From contig JAFTQC010000020.1 in assembly GCA_017462965.1 (NCBI GenBank), positions 990-64,989 of the forward strand: DNA of 64,000 nucleotides, read 5' to 3'. The DNA is from Clostridia bacterium. Lineage in GTDB: Bacteria; Bacillota; Clostridia; TANB77; UBA1234. A program made the position numbers and the translations under genes. Under the pieces are notes generated by a model. It saw only the letters and a program-made list of their open reading frames with translations, searched no databases and had not been told where the DNA came from. Shown in pieces: positions 9,894-21,214 of this stretch (positions within the stretch are counted from its first letter, which is position 1; each line of letters starts with the position of its first letter).

Positions 9894-9976
9894 AAAACTC
9901 CTCCCGTAACTTCATTTTTGCATACTTTATTATATATCAAGATAACTTATTATCAATAATTTTTTTCTTTTTTCAT

Positions 9977-10262
9977 CAAGAGGGACGCCCCTTTTTGAGA
10001 AAATTTTAATCAAGAGGGACACCCCTTTTTGAGAAATAAGATTTAGTGGAAATGTAGCTATTTTGTTCGCTTCAGCACTATCTATACAACAAAAAAATGT
10101 TGTTTTTTGGTATAGTCTTTATTCTTATTGCACCAAACATGCAATGAAAATATATTGTCAAAGCCCTGAAAACAATAGTTTTTTACATAACTCAAAAATC
10201 GTTTTCTCAAAAAGGGGTGTCCCTCTTGATGAAAATTTTCTCAAAAAGGGGCGTCCCTCTTG
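9977..10262. repeat. Composite REP/MITE-like element: two direct plus two inverted copies of CAAGAGGGACRCCCCTTTTTGAGAAA
   Basis: Copies at 9977 and 10011 (+) and about 10203-10228 and 10233-10262 (-). Confidence 0.85.
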
Positions 10263-10304
10263 CTAAAAAAGCATAAAAAAAAAGACAACCCAAAGTTGTC
10301 TTTA

Positions 10305-10396
10305 TGGCGGAGACAGAGAGATTCGAACTCTCGCGGCCCTTACGAACCCTAACAGTTTAGCAAACTGTCCCCTTCGACCGGCTTGGGTATGTCTCC
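10305..10396 (-). tRNA. trnS: tRNA-Ser (GCT)
   Basis: GGAGACATACCCAAG..ACAGT-TTGCTAA-ACTGT..long variable arm..GTTCGAATC..CTCCGCCA. Confidence 0.95.
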
Positions 10397-10403
10397 AAAT
10401 CTT

Positions 10404-10494
<91 letters not shown>

Positions 10495-10522
10495 AGATGA
10501 TTTGTCGCTGTCGACAAGAAAT

Positions 10523-10551
10523 ATATTAACATTTAAAATATTTCTTGTCAA
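10523..10551 (-). promoter_or_regulatory. SigA-type promoter of the tRNA-Ser pair
   Basis: TTGACA-17 bp-TAATAT on the minus strand just upstream of the first tRNA. Confidence 0.7.
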
Positions 10552-10562
10552 CAGTTATTTTC

Positions 10563-11336
10563 CTATTTATTTTTTAGATTTTCTAAATCTATTCTTGTAA
10601 CAAGTTTTATTGAGTTTTCAGCATTTACAATCACATCAGACTCTTTTCTTGGAGTTATATTCAAATTTGTAGAATCTTTATAATTTGATATGTCAGCTGT
10701 ATATACCCATAATTCGCTATTTTGCTCTGCACTTACAAGAAGAACTACCTGTTCTCTATAGTTTTTATTTAATCCAATTTCTTTTTTTGATACAGGATCA
10801 AAATATGCTACATTTGAGCGTAGGACTTCAGATACGCTCCATTCATACGAATAATAAAGTTCTAATATATCATCTTGATTATTATCTGCTAAAGCAAAAT
10901 TTAATATTCCTTTACCTCTTTTATTATTCCCTATCTTGTATATTTCATCTTGATAAACTAAGAAAGATTCGGCTGTATCAGCGAACTTAAAAATCTGGTA
11001 TTCCGAATTGTTAGCCACAAATTCAGGTGTGATATTGAAACAATTATTCATATCTTCAGATGCAGGTTTAATATTCTTCGTTTCCACTAATTTTAAAAAT
11101 TCGTCAACGCCGTTTTTAGTTCCTTTTAACGAATAGGTGGAAATAGAGGCGTATATATTACTTATTCCTGTTGCATTTTCTTCTTTATTATTGCCAATCA
11201 ATTCGTTAAAAAATTCACTGTTAAAAAATGTTTTTGCAAGAAATATTCCCGCAATTATTGTCACTACAGCAATTACCAAGATTACAATCTTCTTATTAAA
11301 TAATTTTTCTTTTAGCGTTCCCACTATATCCTCCAT
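10563..11336 (-). CDS. Hypothetical membrane-anchored protein
   Basis: 257-aa ORF with a single N-terminal TM; no family recognised. Confidence 0.7.
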   Translation of the reverse strand: MEDIVGTLKEKLFNKKIVILVIAVVTIIAGIFLAKTFFNSEFFNELIGNNKEENATGISNIYASISTYSLKGTKNGVDEFLKLVETKNIKPASEDMNNCFNITPEFVANNSEYQIFKFADTAESFLVYQDEIYKIGNNKRGKGILNFALADNNQDDILELYYSYEWSVSEVLRSNVAYFDPVSKKEIGLNKNYREQVVLLVSAEQNSELWVYTADISNYKDSTNLNITPRKESDVIVNAENSIKLVTRIDLENLKNK

Positions 11337-11350
11337 ATGATTTCAAAATT

Positions 11351-11875
11351 TTAGTTAACACTCATAAAATATTTATACCCACTTTGCTTTGCTATATTCA
11401 AAGCTTCTTCTTCCTCTTTTACTAACGTATATTTTGAAACTCCATGTTCTACTGGTTTTGCATATGTATTCGTCGTATTATCTCTTGAATAAATACCATT
11501 TAAGATAACACCATTGTCTTCAAAATCAAGAAGCGCAAGTGCAAAACACAAATCGCTTCCCGTATGTTGATAAGCATTATATCTAACCATACCAACCTTT
11601 TGAATACATTTATTCATATTCTTTTCTAACTCTTTACAATATTTCTTTAAACTTTGATTTTCTTCACTAACATTTAGAACATCTTGAATATACTTTCTAA
11701 GCATATCCGTTATATTCTCGCCATTTCCTAGTCTTGTCATAAATTCATCGTATTTCTTTTTTAAACGTCTTGTTGTCACGATACTATAAATCAATAATGC
11801 GAAATTTATAAAAAGCATTGTAAATATTACAATAATGAGTATTAAAAACTCCTTTGATTGCAGTATTGTCTCCAT
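11351..11875 (-). CDS. DUF4446 family protein
   Basis: N-terminal TM and coiled coil, IQKVGMVRYNAY..GSDLCFALALLD..NGVILNGIYSR; usual position downstream of parB. Confidence 0.8.
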   Translation of the reverse strand: METILQSKEFLILIIVIFTMLFINFALLIYSIVTTRRLKKKYDEFMTRLGNGENITDMLRKYIQDVLNVSEENQSLKKYCKELEKNMNKCIQKVGMVRYNAYQHTGSDLCFALALLDFEDNGVILNGIYSRDNTTNTYAKPVEHGVSKYTLVKEEEEALNIAKQSGYKYFMSVN

Positions 11876-11975
11876 ATTATCATCTCCTCGCTGTATTTTG
11901 CTTTTCAGAAAGTTTTTTCGTCCAGTGGGGACGTCCATCAAAAGGACGAAAAAATCTTTAAATCACAAATATTTC

Positions 11976-12866
11976 TTATCTTTCTAATAATTCTAAAATT
12001 CTTTCAAGTTCTTCAGATGTAAAATATTCTATTGTTATTTTACCCTTAGACTTTGTTTTTGGACTAAATGAAACTTTCGTTCCTAAAGCCTTTTTCAATC
12101 TATTTTCAATGTCCTTATAAATTATATCAAGCTTATCAACTTGCTTTTTCTTTTTTGTTTTTGAAGCTTCTTCTTTTTCTTCTTTTACAAGGTTTTCAGC
12201 CTCTCTAACACTCATGTCCAGATTAACAATATCTAAAGCTAATTTGTATTGTTTTTGTGGACTAGATATTGAGGCTAAACTTCTCGCATGTCCTTCTGTT
12301 AGTTTTCCTTCATTTACAAGTTCAATAACTCTTTCATCCAAATTTAAAATTCTTACTGTATTAGCAATCGCACTTCTGCTTTTACCAAGCGTTTTAGCCA
12401 ATTGTTCTTGTGTTAAATTGTGTTCTTCCATCAACTCTTTTATTGCTTTCGCTGTTTCAATTGGATTTAAATTTTCTCTTTGAATATTTTCAATAAGTGA
12501 AACTTCTCTTATTTTCTTTTCATCATAATCTCTTACTATTGTTGGAATTGTCTTCAAACCGGCTATTTTAGAAGCTCTCCATCTTCTTTCACCAGCAATT
12601 ATTTGATAATAATTATCTTTTTTAGCAACTATTATTGGTTGTAAAACTCCGTGTTCTTTTATTGAATCTGCTAACTCTGTAAGTTTTTCTTCATTAAACG
12701 ATTTTCTTGGCTGATTTATATCCGGCTCAATTTCGTTAATTTTCATTTCAACTATTTTTTCGTTAGAAGCAATTGGTGCATCTCCTCCAAGTGCACTTAC
12801 ATCTACATTTGATGGAAAAAGTGCTTCTAGTCCTTTTCCAAGTCCGCTCTTACCTAATCCTGCCAT
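11976..12866 (-). CDS. parB: ParB/Spo0J chromosome partitioning protein
   Basis: GLGKGLEALF, QPRKSF, GVLQPIIV, IIAGERRWRAS, SLIENIQRENLNPIE, HTH. Confidence 0.95.
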   Translation of the reverse strand: MAGLGKSGLGKGLEALFPSNVDVSALGGDAPIASNEKIVEMKINEIEPDINQPRKSFNEEKLTELADSIKEHGVLQPIIVAKKDNYYQIIAGERRWRASKIAGLKTIPTIVRDYDEKKIREVSLIENIQRENLNPIETAKAIKELMEEHNLTQEQLAKTLGKSRSAIANTVRILNLDERVIELVNEGKLTEGHARSLASISSPQKQYKLALDIVNLDMSVREAENLVKEEKEEASKTKKKKQVDKLDIIYKDIENRLKKALGTKVSFSPKTKSKGKITIEYFTSEELERILELLER

Positions 12867-12881
12867 AATTTTCAAACCTCC

Positions 12882-13652
12882 TTAGTTTCTTATTTTATTT
12901 TGTCTGATTATTTCGTTTGCAAGTGCTGTATATGCTCTTGACCCCTCAGATCTTTTATCGTACATACTTATAGGCAATCCATAACTTGGAGCCTCACTAA
13001 GTTTTACATTTCTAGGAATAATTGTTTTATATACTTTATTTTTAAAGTATTTTTTAACTTCTTCTATAACTTGTCTTGATAAATTTGTTCTTGCATCGTA
13101 CATTGTTAAAACAACGCCTTCTATATCAAGTTTTTGATTTAAATGTTTTTGAACTAAGTCGATTGTACTCATAAGTTGTCCCAAACCTTCTAATGCATAG
13201 TATTCACATTGAATTGGAACAAGAACAGAATCTGATGCTGTCAAAGCATTTAATGTAACTAATCCAAGTGATGGTGGACAATCTATTATTATATAGTCAT
13301 ATTCGTTTTTTGCCGCATCCAAAACTTGTTTTAATTTTGTTTCTCTTGAAATTTGCGAAACCAATTCAACTTCCGCTCCTGCTAAATTGATATTTGATGC
13401 ACATAAATCAAGGTTTTCAACTGCTGATTTTTGAACTACATTTGCTAATTCTTCTTGATGAATTATTAAATCATATGTAGATTTTTCTACATCTTTTTTT
13501 CCTCCAACACCACTTGTTGCATTTCCTTGTGGATCAGCATCTATTAATAGTACTTTTTTGCCAGCTAAAGCAAGGCAAGCACTTATATTTACTGAAGTTG
13601 TTGTTTTACCTACTCCGCCTTTTTGATTGGCTATTGATATGATTTTTCCCAT
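12882..13652 (-). CDS. parA: ParA/Soj ATPase
   Basis: IANQKGGVGKTTT, DADPQGNATS, DCPPSLG, EYYALEG, IPRNVKLSEAPS. Confidence 0.95.
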   Translation of the reverse strand: MGKIISIANQKGGVGKTTTSVNISACLALAGKKVLLIDADPQGNATSGVGGKKDVEKSTYDLIIHQEELANVVQKSAVENLDLCASNINLAGAEVELVSQISRETKLKQVLDAAKNEYDYIIIDCPPSLGLVTLNALTASDSVLVPIQCEYYALEGLGQLMSTIDLVQKHLNQKLDIEGVVLTMYDARTNLSRQVIEEVKKYFKNKVYKTIIPRNVKLSEAPSYGLPISMYDKRSEGSRAYTALANEIIRQNKIRN

Positions 13653-13666
13653 TTTTACCTCCATTT

Positions 13667-13682
13667 TGTTTCATGTGAAACA
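13667..13682. promoter_or_regulatory. parS site
   Basis: TGTTTCATGTGAAACA (1 mismatch to consensus) directly upstream of parA. Confidence 0.85.
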
Positions 13683-13813
13683 TATATTTTCTTATGTACA
13701 AAAATATTATATATATAATAAAAAAATTTGTACATACAGAAAACGAAAAAAAACAAAAATTTCTGGACAATGGGACGGGGCTTTTGTCCATTTTTTTGTT
13801 GAAAATTAGGACA

Positions 13814-13877
13814 GAGCTAAGGAAGGAGCTTTCAGCAAGAGGTCGCGACCTCTTGCTGAAAGCTCCTTCCTTAGCTC
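13814..13877. repeat. Perfect 64-bp palindrome with no spacer
   Basis: GAGCTAAGGAAGGAGCTTTCAGCAAGAGGTCG followed by CGACCTCTTGCTGAAAGCTCCTTCCTTAGCTC. Confidence 0.95.
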
Positions 13878-13898
13878 CGTTCCAATTTTCAAATTCAT

Positions 13899-13914
13899 TG
13901 TTTCACATGAAACT
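13899..13914. promoter_or_regulatory. parS site
   Basis: TGTTTCACATGAAACT. Confidence 0.8.
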
Positions 13915-13919
13915 ATTAA

Positions 13920-14624
13920 TTATTTTAGTGGTTCTTTTGTTGGTGTACCTACTTTTCTTGGATATTTGTTTGGTGTATTTTTTTCTTTTTTATACAATAT
14001 AATTGTTCTGTCAGCATCTATTTCTGATAATTTTATTCGTTCAATCTCGTCCTGTTTCATTCCCAAAATTTCTAGTGCACGTTTTGCTTCTTGCATTTCT
14101 TTTTCGGCATCAGCCTTCATGCATATAAACGTTCCACCAACTTTCAAAAATGGAGTACAAAGCTCTGAAAGTGTTGAAATATTAGCAACCGCACGCGCTG
14201 TAGAAATGTCAAATTTCTCTCTATATTCAGGATTATGAGCAATATCCTCTGCTCTTCCGTGTACTGTTTTGACATTTTTCAATTTGCATTTTTCTATAAT
14301 TTCATTCAAAAAATTAATTCTTTTATTCAATGAATCTAATAAAACAACTTCTATATCTTCTCTGACTATCTTCAAAGGAAGTCCTGGAAAACCCGCACCA
14401 GTGCCAACATCAATCACTTTAGCTCCTTTTGGAATATACTTTTCAATAGTAAGAGAATCAATAAAATGTTTTATTATTATTTCCTTATCTTCAACGATTG
14501 CAGTTAAATTAATTTTCTCATTCCACTCTTTCAACAGTTTTTTATACGTCATAAATTGTTCGATCATTTTGTCATTCAAATCAATATTAATTTTTTTTGC
14601 TGATTCTTTCAAATAAGTTTCCAT
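13920..14624 (-). CDS. rsmG: 16S rRNA m7G527 methyltransferase
   Basis: INLTAI, KHFIDS, DVGTGAGFPGLPL, GRAED, ARAV; synteny with mnmG. Confidence 0.95.
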   Translation of the reverse strand: METYLKESAKKINIDLNDKMIEQFMTYKKLLKEWNEKINLTAIVEDKEIIIKHFIDSLTIEKYIPKGAKVIDVGTGAGFPGLPLKIVREDIEVVLLDSLNKRINFLNEIIEKCKLKNVKTVHGRAEDIAHNPEYREKFDISTARAVANISTLSELCTPFLKVGGTFICMKADAEKEMQEAKRALEILGMKQDEIERIKLSEIDADRTIILYKKEKNTPNKYPRKVGTPTKEPLK

Positions 14625-14799
14625 AACTTCTCCTTTTAGTTTACACATGATTTATTTGGCGTTATTTGGTTCATATTTTGATTTTATTTTTCTGTCGTAA
14701 AATTTCACGCAACCAAATTAAAAATCAATTTTTGACCCATTTTTATCCCTCGAATTTTAATTCAAAATCAATTTTTCAAATTTACATTTAACCATATTT

Positions 14800-16674
14800 T
14801 TAATTTTTATTTTCCATATTCAAGTGAATCAAAAGAACATTTATATCAGCAGGAGAAACTCCTGAAATTCTTGATGCTTGGCCAATTGAAAGTGGTCTGA
14901 ATTTCTCTAATTTTTGTCTCGCTTCAATTCTAATCCCTAAAACCTTACTATAATCAATATCTTCAGGAATTTTCTTTTGCTCTAATTTTTTAAATTCTTC
15001 AATTTGTTCCAATTGCAAATTGATATAACCTTCATATTTCAATTCTATATTAACTTCTTCTCTCTCTTCTGGCGTCAATTCAGGTCTTTCAGCATCAATT
15101 GGAGCAAGCATATCATAATTTAATTCCGTTCTTCTTACTAAATCTACAAGTTTAAAACCAGTTGTAACCTCAGTAGTACCAACGCTTCTAAGTATTTCAT
15201 TTAATTTTTCAGAAGGTTTAATATTTGTTTTCTTAACCCTGTTTATTTCAGCTTCAATATGTTCATATTTTTCAACAAACTTTCTGTATCTTTCCTCTGA
15301 AATCAAGCCTATTTCATAGCCTTTTGGAGTCAATCTTTTATCACTATTATCTTGTCTAAGCATCAATCTATATTCTGCCCTAGAAGTCATCATTCTGTAT
15401 GGTTCATTAGTTCCTTTTGTTATCAAATCATCAATCAGAACACCAATATAAGCATCAGATCTATCAAGAATTAAAGGCTCTTTTCCTTTGATTTTTTGAG
15501 CCGCATTAATTCCTGCAATTAAGCCTTGCGCTGCAGCTTCCTCGTATCCAGACGAACCATTTACTTGTCCTGCGAAAAACATTCCGCTAACTAATTTAGA
15601 TTCCAAAGATAGCTTCAAATCAGTAGAATCAATACAATCATATTCAATTGCATACGCAGGTCTCGTAAATTCAACGTTTTCAAGACCAGGAATCGTTCTA
15701 TACATAGCTATTTGAACATCTTCTGGCAAACTACTAGACATGCCTTGAACGTACATTTCTTCAGTATTTTCACCCATAGGCTCTATAAAAATTTGATGTC
15801 TTTCCTTTTCGGCAAATCTAACAACCTTATCCTCTATTGAAGGACAATATCTTGGTCCAGTTCCCTCTATAACACCTGCAAATAACGGAGATCTATGAAG
15901 ATTATCACGTATAATTTGATGTGTTTTTTCGTTTGTATACGTCAAATAACAAGGGATTTGTTCTATCTGTAATCCGCTATTTTCAAACGAAAAAGGAGTT
16001 ATTTCATCGTCACCATTTTGTATTTCCATCTTTGAAAAATCTATTGTTCTCTTGTTGACTCTAGCAGGTGTTCCTGTCTTAAATCTTCTTGTTTTAATTC
16101 CTATTTTATTCAAGCTTTCAGTCAAATGTCTCGCTGGAAAAATACCGTCAGGACCACTTTCATAATTTACTTCTCCTATATGTATTTTTCCTTTTAAATA
16201 TGTACCAGAACACAATATAACAGCTTTAGCATTAAATATCGCTCCTATATGTGTTTTAACTCCCTTAACTTCATTATTTTCAACAAGATATTCTACTATT
16301 TCTGCTTGTTTAACGTCCAAATTTTCTTGCAATTCAAGGACATGCTTCATAGATTCTTGATATTTTCTTCTATCAGCTTGTGCTCTCAAAGAATAAACAG
16401 CAGGTCCTTTTGATTTATTTAACATTTTAGATTGTATAAATGTTTTGTCTATATTCTTCCCCATTTCTCCGCCCAAAGCATCTATTTCTCTTACCAAATG
16501 TCCTTTTGAAGTTCCTCCTATGCTTGGATTACAAGGCATATTTGCTATGCTATCTGCATTTATCGTAAATATACATGTCTTCATTCCTAATCTAGCTGAG
16601 GCAAGTGCTGCTTCACATCCTGCGTGTCCTGCACCTATTACTATTACGTCATATTCACCTGCTTTATATTCCAT
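14800..16674 (-). CDS. mnmG: tRNA uridine-5-carboxymethylaminomethyl modification enzyme
   Basis: [59 protein letters not shown]. Confidence 0.97.
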   Translation of the reverse strand: MEYKAGEYDVIVIGAGHAGCEAALASARLGMKTCIFTINADSIANMPCNPSIGGTSKGHLVREIDALGGEMGKNIDKTFIQSKMLNKSKGPAVYSLRAQADRRKYQESMKHVLELQENLDVKQAEIVEYLVENNEVKGVKTHIGAIFNAKAVILCSGTYLKGKIHIGEVNYESGPDGIFPARHLTESLNKIGIKTRRFKTGTPARVNKRTIDFSKMEIQNGDDEITPFSFENSGLQIEQIPCYLTYTNEKTHQIIRDNLHRSPLFAGVIEGTGPRYCPSIEDKVVRFAEKERHQIFIEPMGENTEEMYVQGMSSSLPEDVQIAMYRTIPGLENVEFTRPAYAIEYDCIDSTDLKLSLESKLVSGMFFAGQVNGSSGYEEAAAQGLIAGINAAQKIKGKEPLILDRSDAYIGVLIDDLITKGTNEPYRMMTSRAEYRLMLRQDNSDKRLTPKGYEIGLISEERYRKFVEKYEHIEAEINRVKKTNIKPSEKLNEILRSVGTTEVTTGFKLVDLVRRTELNYDMLAPIDAERPELTPEEREEVNIELKYEGYINLQLEQIEEFKKLEQKKIPEDIDYSKVLGIRIEARQKLEKFRPLSIGQASRISGVSPADINVLLIHLNMENKN

Positions 16675-16708
16675 TTATAACATCTCTCCTTTTGAGTTAT
16701 TTTTTATT

Positions 16709-16724
16709 TGTTTCACATGAAACT
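16709..16724. promoter_or_regulatory. parS site
   Basis: TGTTTCACATGAAACT, identical to the 13899 copy. Confidence 0.8.
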
Positions 16725-16758
16725 ATTCTTTCTAAGTATTGATTTTACTATATTTTTC

Positions 16759-18108
16759 CTATTTCCCAACGCAGAATTTTTCAAATATTTTATTAAGAAC
16801 ATCCTCTGAAATTGATTCACCCAAAATTTCACCTAAACTTGTTATAGCGGTCTTAATATTTATCGAAATCATATCAATTGGAAGTCCCGTGCTAATTGTT
16901 TCTTTAGCTGTTTTTAAGCCCTGTTTAGCCTTATTTAACAAATCTTTATGTCTAATATTAGTGATAATTAATTCATTTTCCGAATCTAAATTTTTTAAAT
17001 TAAACAATTCTTCTATTTTATTTTCAAGCTCTATCATACCTTCACCTGTTTTAGCTGAAATACGAATTATATTTTCATCATTAATAGAAATTTCTTCATT
17101 TTGTAAATCGATTTTATTTATCAAAATGATATGATTTTTATCACCAATTTCATTCAAAATTTCCTTATCTTCAGACAAAAAGCCTTTACTTCCATCAATC
17201 AAAAACAATACTAATTCTGCATCATTTAGCACCTTTTTGCTCTTTTCAACACCAATATTTTCAACGACATCTTCCGTATTTCTTATACCAGCAGTATCAA
17301 TCAATCTAAGAGTAATTCCTTTTATATTTACACTTTCTTCAATCGTATCCCTTGTCGTTCCTGCAATCTCAGTAACAATAGCTCTATCCTCTTTTAATAA
17401 TAAATTAAGCAGTGAAGATTTACCAACGTTTGGTTTACCTACAATCGCTGTCATAATACCATTTTTAAGTATTTTTCCACTATTAAAAGACTCTTCTAAG
17501 ACGCTTAGTCTTGCTATCTGCTTTTCTAAAATATCCTCTATTTTTTCTCTTCTTACTTCCTCTATATCCTCATATTCCGGATAATCAATATTTGCCTCTA
17601 TATCAGCAAGTAAGCCTATAATTTCATCCTTTATATTTCTTATTTCATCGCCCAATTTACCCTCTAATTGTTTTACAGAAGCCTTGCTTTCTTTTTCACT
17701 TTTACTATTTATCAAATCTATAACCGCTTCTGCCTGAGTTAAATCTAATTTTCCATTCAAAAAAGCTCTTTTGGTAAATTCTCCACCCTCTGCAAGTGTA
17801 GCACCATTATTCAAAAGAAGTTCTAAAACCCTATTTACTGCAACATTTCCACCATGGCAATTAATTTCACAAACATCTTCTCCAGTGTACGATTTAGGGG
17901 CTTTAAAATACGAAACTAAAACTTGATCAACAGTATTATTTTTTTCATCAATTATATTACCTAAACGCAATGAAAACGGCTTAATTTCGCCTTTTTTCAA
18001 TGGTTTAAATATCTTTAAAACTATATTTAAAGCATCATCTCCGCTTATTCTAACTATACCAACTCCACCATTTCCAATGGCTGTAGATATCGCAGCAATT
18101 GTCTTCAT
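16759..18108 (-). CDS. mnmE: tRNA modification GTPase
   Basis: GKPNVGKSSLLN, AGTTRD, DTAGIR, NKID, IFEKFCVGK. Confidence 0.97.
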   Translation of the reverse strand: MKTIAAISTAIGNGGVGIVRISGDDALNIVLKIFKPLKKGEIKPFSLRLGNIIDEKNNTVDQVLVSYFKAPKSYTGEDVCEINCHGGNVAVNRVLELLLNNGATLAEGGEFTKRAFLNGKLDLTQAEAVIDLINSKSEKESKASVKQLEGKLGDEIRNIKDEIIGLLADIEANIDYPEYEDIEEVRREKIEDILEKQIARLSVLEESFNSGKILKNGIMTAIVGKPNVGKSSLLNLLLKEDRAIVTEIAGTTRDTIEESVNIKGITLRLIDTAGIRNTEDVVENIGVEKSKKVLNDAELVLFLIDGSKGFLSEDKEILNEIGDKNHIILINKIDLQNEEISINDENIIRISAKTGEGMIELENKIEELFNLKNLDSENELIITNIRHKDLLNKAKQGLKTAKETISTGLPIDMISINIKTAITSLGEILGESISEDVLNKIFEKFCVGK

Positions 18109-18262
18109 TTTCTTCTCACCTCTCTTAAAAACTCACAATATTATACTATTTTTTTCCTATTATTTCAATGTATTTACATAATTTTTAGTAAGAGGAACAA
18201 GACTTTTCGAACGATTTTCGGGACAAAAAAAATACTGATTCTTTCGAATCAGTATTTTCTCT

Positions 18263-18961
18263 TTATTTAAGTGAAATAACAACTTTTCTGTATGGTTCTT
18301 CACCTGTACTTACTGTTTTAACTTTTGGATGGTTTTGAAGTGCATTATGAATAGCTTTTCTTTCGAATGGATTCATAGGTTCTAATGTAATGCTTTTTCT
18401 CTTAGAAACAACTATATTAGCACGTTTTAAAGCAAGCTCTTCTAAAGCTTTAATTCTTTTCTTTCTATATCCACCAACATCAATAATTATTCTAACATAA
18501 TTTTTCATGTTTTTATTTCCGATAGTAGACGCAATCATTTGAAGAGCTTCCATAGTCTCTCCTCTGTAACCAATAATAATTCCTGTATCTTCACCAGTTA
18601 CATCAAACTTAAGAATGTTATCTTCTACATAACTGTTAATTTCAAGCGTTAATCCGAATCTAGCGAAATAATCATTTAAGAATTTTGTAACTCTTTCTTT
18701 AACAATATTAGCATCTTCCTCTGTAAATTCTTTTATTTCTCTCTTCTTTTCTCCAGCAGCTGCTGTTGTTTCTTGTGCTGGCATTGAAATTTCAGTAACT
18801 CTAACCTTTATTTGTCTTGGATCTAATATACTGAATATTCTCTTTTTTGGTTCTTCAATAATTTCTATTGAAACTTGTTCTTTCGTCAAGCCAACCTTGC
18901 TTAACGCATCTGCAACGGCTTCTTCATAGTTTTTTCCAATTCCTTCTGCAACCTTAGCCAT
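18263..18961 (-). CDS. jag: Jag/EloR (KhpB) KH-R3H RNA-binding protein
   Basis: Jag N-terminal domain, IIGYRGETMEALQ, LEPMNPFERKAIHNALQ, STGEEPYRKVVI. Confidence 0.92.
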   Translation of the reverse strand: MAKVAEGIGKNYEEAVADALSKVGLTKEQVSIEIIEEPKKRIFSILDPRQIKVRVTEISMPAQETTAAAGEKKREIKEFTEEDANIVKERVTKFLNDYFARFGLTLEINSYVEDNILKFDVTGEDTGIIIGYRGETMEALQMIASTIGNKNMKNYVRIIIDVGGYRKKRIKALEELALKRANIVVSKRKSITLEPMNPFERKAIHNALQNHPKVKTVSTGEEPYRKVVISLK

Positions 18962-19084
18962 CAATAAAACCTCCTTTATTTTTAATGAGGTTGAATCGTC
19001 CATTTAACGGACGTCCCTCATGGATGATTCAACCTCATCTTATTAACCTACGACTTATTTTATATTATTTATGAAAGATTTCAA

Positions 19085-20161
19085 CTATTTTTTCTTTTTC
19101 TTATTACCATTAGAACCTTTTGAATTGTTCTTTTTATTTGAATTATTAGCATTTACATTCTTGTGTGTTGTGTTTTCACCATCATTAACCACTTCATATT
19201 CAACATTTCTTACTTCATTTTTTTCAGCTAATTCTTTAACTTTCTTGTTTTTAGGATCTAATATAATTCTTTGGATAACAGTTTGAATTATACCAATCAA
19301 ATTGCTTGTAACCCAATACAAACCAACACCTTGAGGTATTGAATATGCTACAGAAAATAGCATTATTGGCATCATTATATTCATTACTCTCATATCTGGC
19401 ATAGGAATTTCCATATCTTCAGGTTTTGGTTGAACAATACCGTTTTTCTTATTAATATAATTGTTTAAAAAGACTGTTAAAGCTGTTAAAAGTCCTGATA
19501 ATACAGGAATTATCAACAAAACAAGATTTCCTTTATTTTTAGAAGCGGCTTCTCCAAGATTTATACCAAAGAACTCTAAATCCATGATTTCTTTTTCTTT
19601 AATAATTTCAATTTCATAATATCTTGGATCAATGAAATTACTGTCATCACCGCTATTAATCTTTGCGATTTCAGCATCTAAAAGATCTCCACTTAACTCA
19701 TCACCACTATTTGCAATAAGAAGCTCAATTGCTTGCTCTTTTCTATTTGCAACGATTTCATCTTTATATCTTAAAATTTCTTCTGAATCCATCTTCATAA
19801 TATGTGTAAGCGGACTGACTAACATATAAAACATTCCAAGTAAAATTGGTAATTGAATAAAATTAAGTAAACAGCCTGAACATCCAGTACTACCAAGCAT
19901 TGTAGTATTATTTTCTTTCAGCATTTTCTGATATTCTTGCATGAATTTTTCTTGATCATTTCCATATTTCTTCTGTAATTCTTGCATCAATCCTTGCATT
20001 TTTTGTGCTTTTTCCATCGATTTTTGTTGTTTTAAAGACATTGGTAACAACATCAATTTAACCAAAATTGTAAATATAATAATTGCTAATCCATAGTTTT
20101 GTACTATTCCACAAATAAAATTCATTAAATAACCAAATAAACCCGCTATAAAATTTAACAT
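19085..20161 (-). CDS. yidC: Membrane protein insertase YidC/Oxa1
   Basis: YGLAIIIFTILVKL, CLLNFIQLPIL, PQGVGLYWVTSNL; synteny. Confidence 0.92.
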   Translation of the reverse strand: MLNFIAGLFGYLMNFICGIVQNYGLAIIIFTILVKLMLLPMSLKQQKSMEKAQKMQGLMQELQKKYGNDQEKFMQEYQKMLKENNTTMLGSTGCSGCLLNFIQLPILLGMFYMLVSPLTHIMKMDSEEILRYKDEIVANRKEQAIELLIANSGDELSGDLLDAEIAKINSGDDSNFIDPRYYEIEIIKEKEIMDLEFFGINLGEAASKNKGNLVLLIIPVLSGLLTALTVFLNNYINKKNGIVQPKPEDMEIPMPDMRVMNIMMPIMLFSVAYSIPQGVGLYWVTSNLIGIIQTVIQRIILDPKNKKVKELAEKNEVRNVEYEVVNDGENTTHKNVNANNSNKKNNSKGSNGNKKKKK

Positions 20162-20179
20162 TACATCCTCCTATATTTG

Positions 20180-20512
20180 TTATTTCATCAAATTGGCTTT
20201 ATTTAGGCACTTCAAAAGACTTTTTTCAACGATATAAAAATCTACAGATTCTACTTTTGCACTGCTTTTCCAGACTATTACAATGTCATATCCTGAAGTA
20301 ATATTCATTTCATTAACTCTGTATGCCTCTCTAATCAAGCGTTTTAGATGATTTCTTATGACACTCTTCCCTGCTTTTTTTCCAACTGCAACGCCTATTC
20401 TATTAACTTCTTGTTCTTTTTTGCAAACATACATTGTTAAAACATCTGAATTATACCATCTACCACTTTTTAAAACCGATTGAAAATCAGAATTTTCCTT
20501 CAAAACTATCAT
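20180..20512 (-). CDS. rnpA: Ribonuclease P protein component
   Basis: RIGVAVGKKAGKSVIRNHLKRLIRE. Confidence 0.92.
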   Translation of the reverse strand: MIVLKENSDFQSVLKSGRWYNSDVLTMYVCKKEQEVNRIGVAVGKKAGKSVIRNHLKRLIREAYRVNEMNITSGYDIVIVWKSSAKVESVDFYIVEKSLLKCLNKANLMK

Positions 20513-20591
20513 AAGCGTCACCTCCAATTTCCGCAGATAAGTAAAAAGGCCCTTTACAGGGCCCGACTATACATGGTTTTTAGACTTTCTA

Positions 20592-20726
20592 CTATGCAGA
20601 AAGTTTCTTTCTACCTTTTAACATTCTTCTTTTTAATACTTTTCTTCCATTAGCTGTTTTCATTCTAGCTCTGAAACCATGTTCTCTTTTCTCTTGTCTA
20701 TTTTTTGGTTGATATGTTCTTTTCAT
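20592..20726 (-). CDS. rpmH: 50S ribosomal protein L34 (not in the ORF track)
   Basis: [54 protein letters not shown]. Confidence 0.97.
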   Translation of the reverse strand: MKRTYQPKNRQEKREHGFRARMKTANGRKVLKRRMLKGRKKLSA

Positions 20727-20866
20727 TTACTATTGCACCTCCGATATTTTGGTTTATCTATTTTAGTATTATTTAATAATAACCTCAAGACTTATAGCAG
20801 TTGATATTTTACAATACAACTTATAATTTTGTCAACTATTTTTAATAGTAAATTAAAAAAGAATAG

Positions 20867-20921
20867 CAAGAGGGACGCCCCTTTTTGTGAAAATTTTTCA
20901 CAAAAAGGGGCGTCCCTCTTG
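20867..20921. repeat. REP-like palindrome (CAAGAGGGACGCCCC family)
   Basis: CAAGAGGGACGCCCCTTTTTGTGAAAA-T-TTTTCACAAAAAGGGGCGTCCCTCTTG. Confidence 0.9.
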
Positions 20922-21214
20922 TTATTCTTAACGCTTAAAATGGCTTTTATTTCGATTTTTTGTTTTTAATTAATAAAGGAATACGTTTTTTTAATAAAAT
21001 CGAAATTTAGCCTTTTTCATCAAAATTACATTTTTTGAGAACATAATTGATTCATATTTATAATACATAAATGATGAAATAGGTGTTTGCATTAAATAAA
21101 ATGCAAATTCACATTTTTATGTAAAATTATTATTTCTATTAACAAATTTTACGGAACTACGTATTTAGCTTTTTTTCTATAAATTCTTGCTTTTATTTTT
21201 TCAAACATATATAA

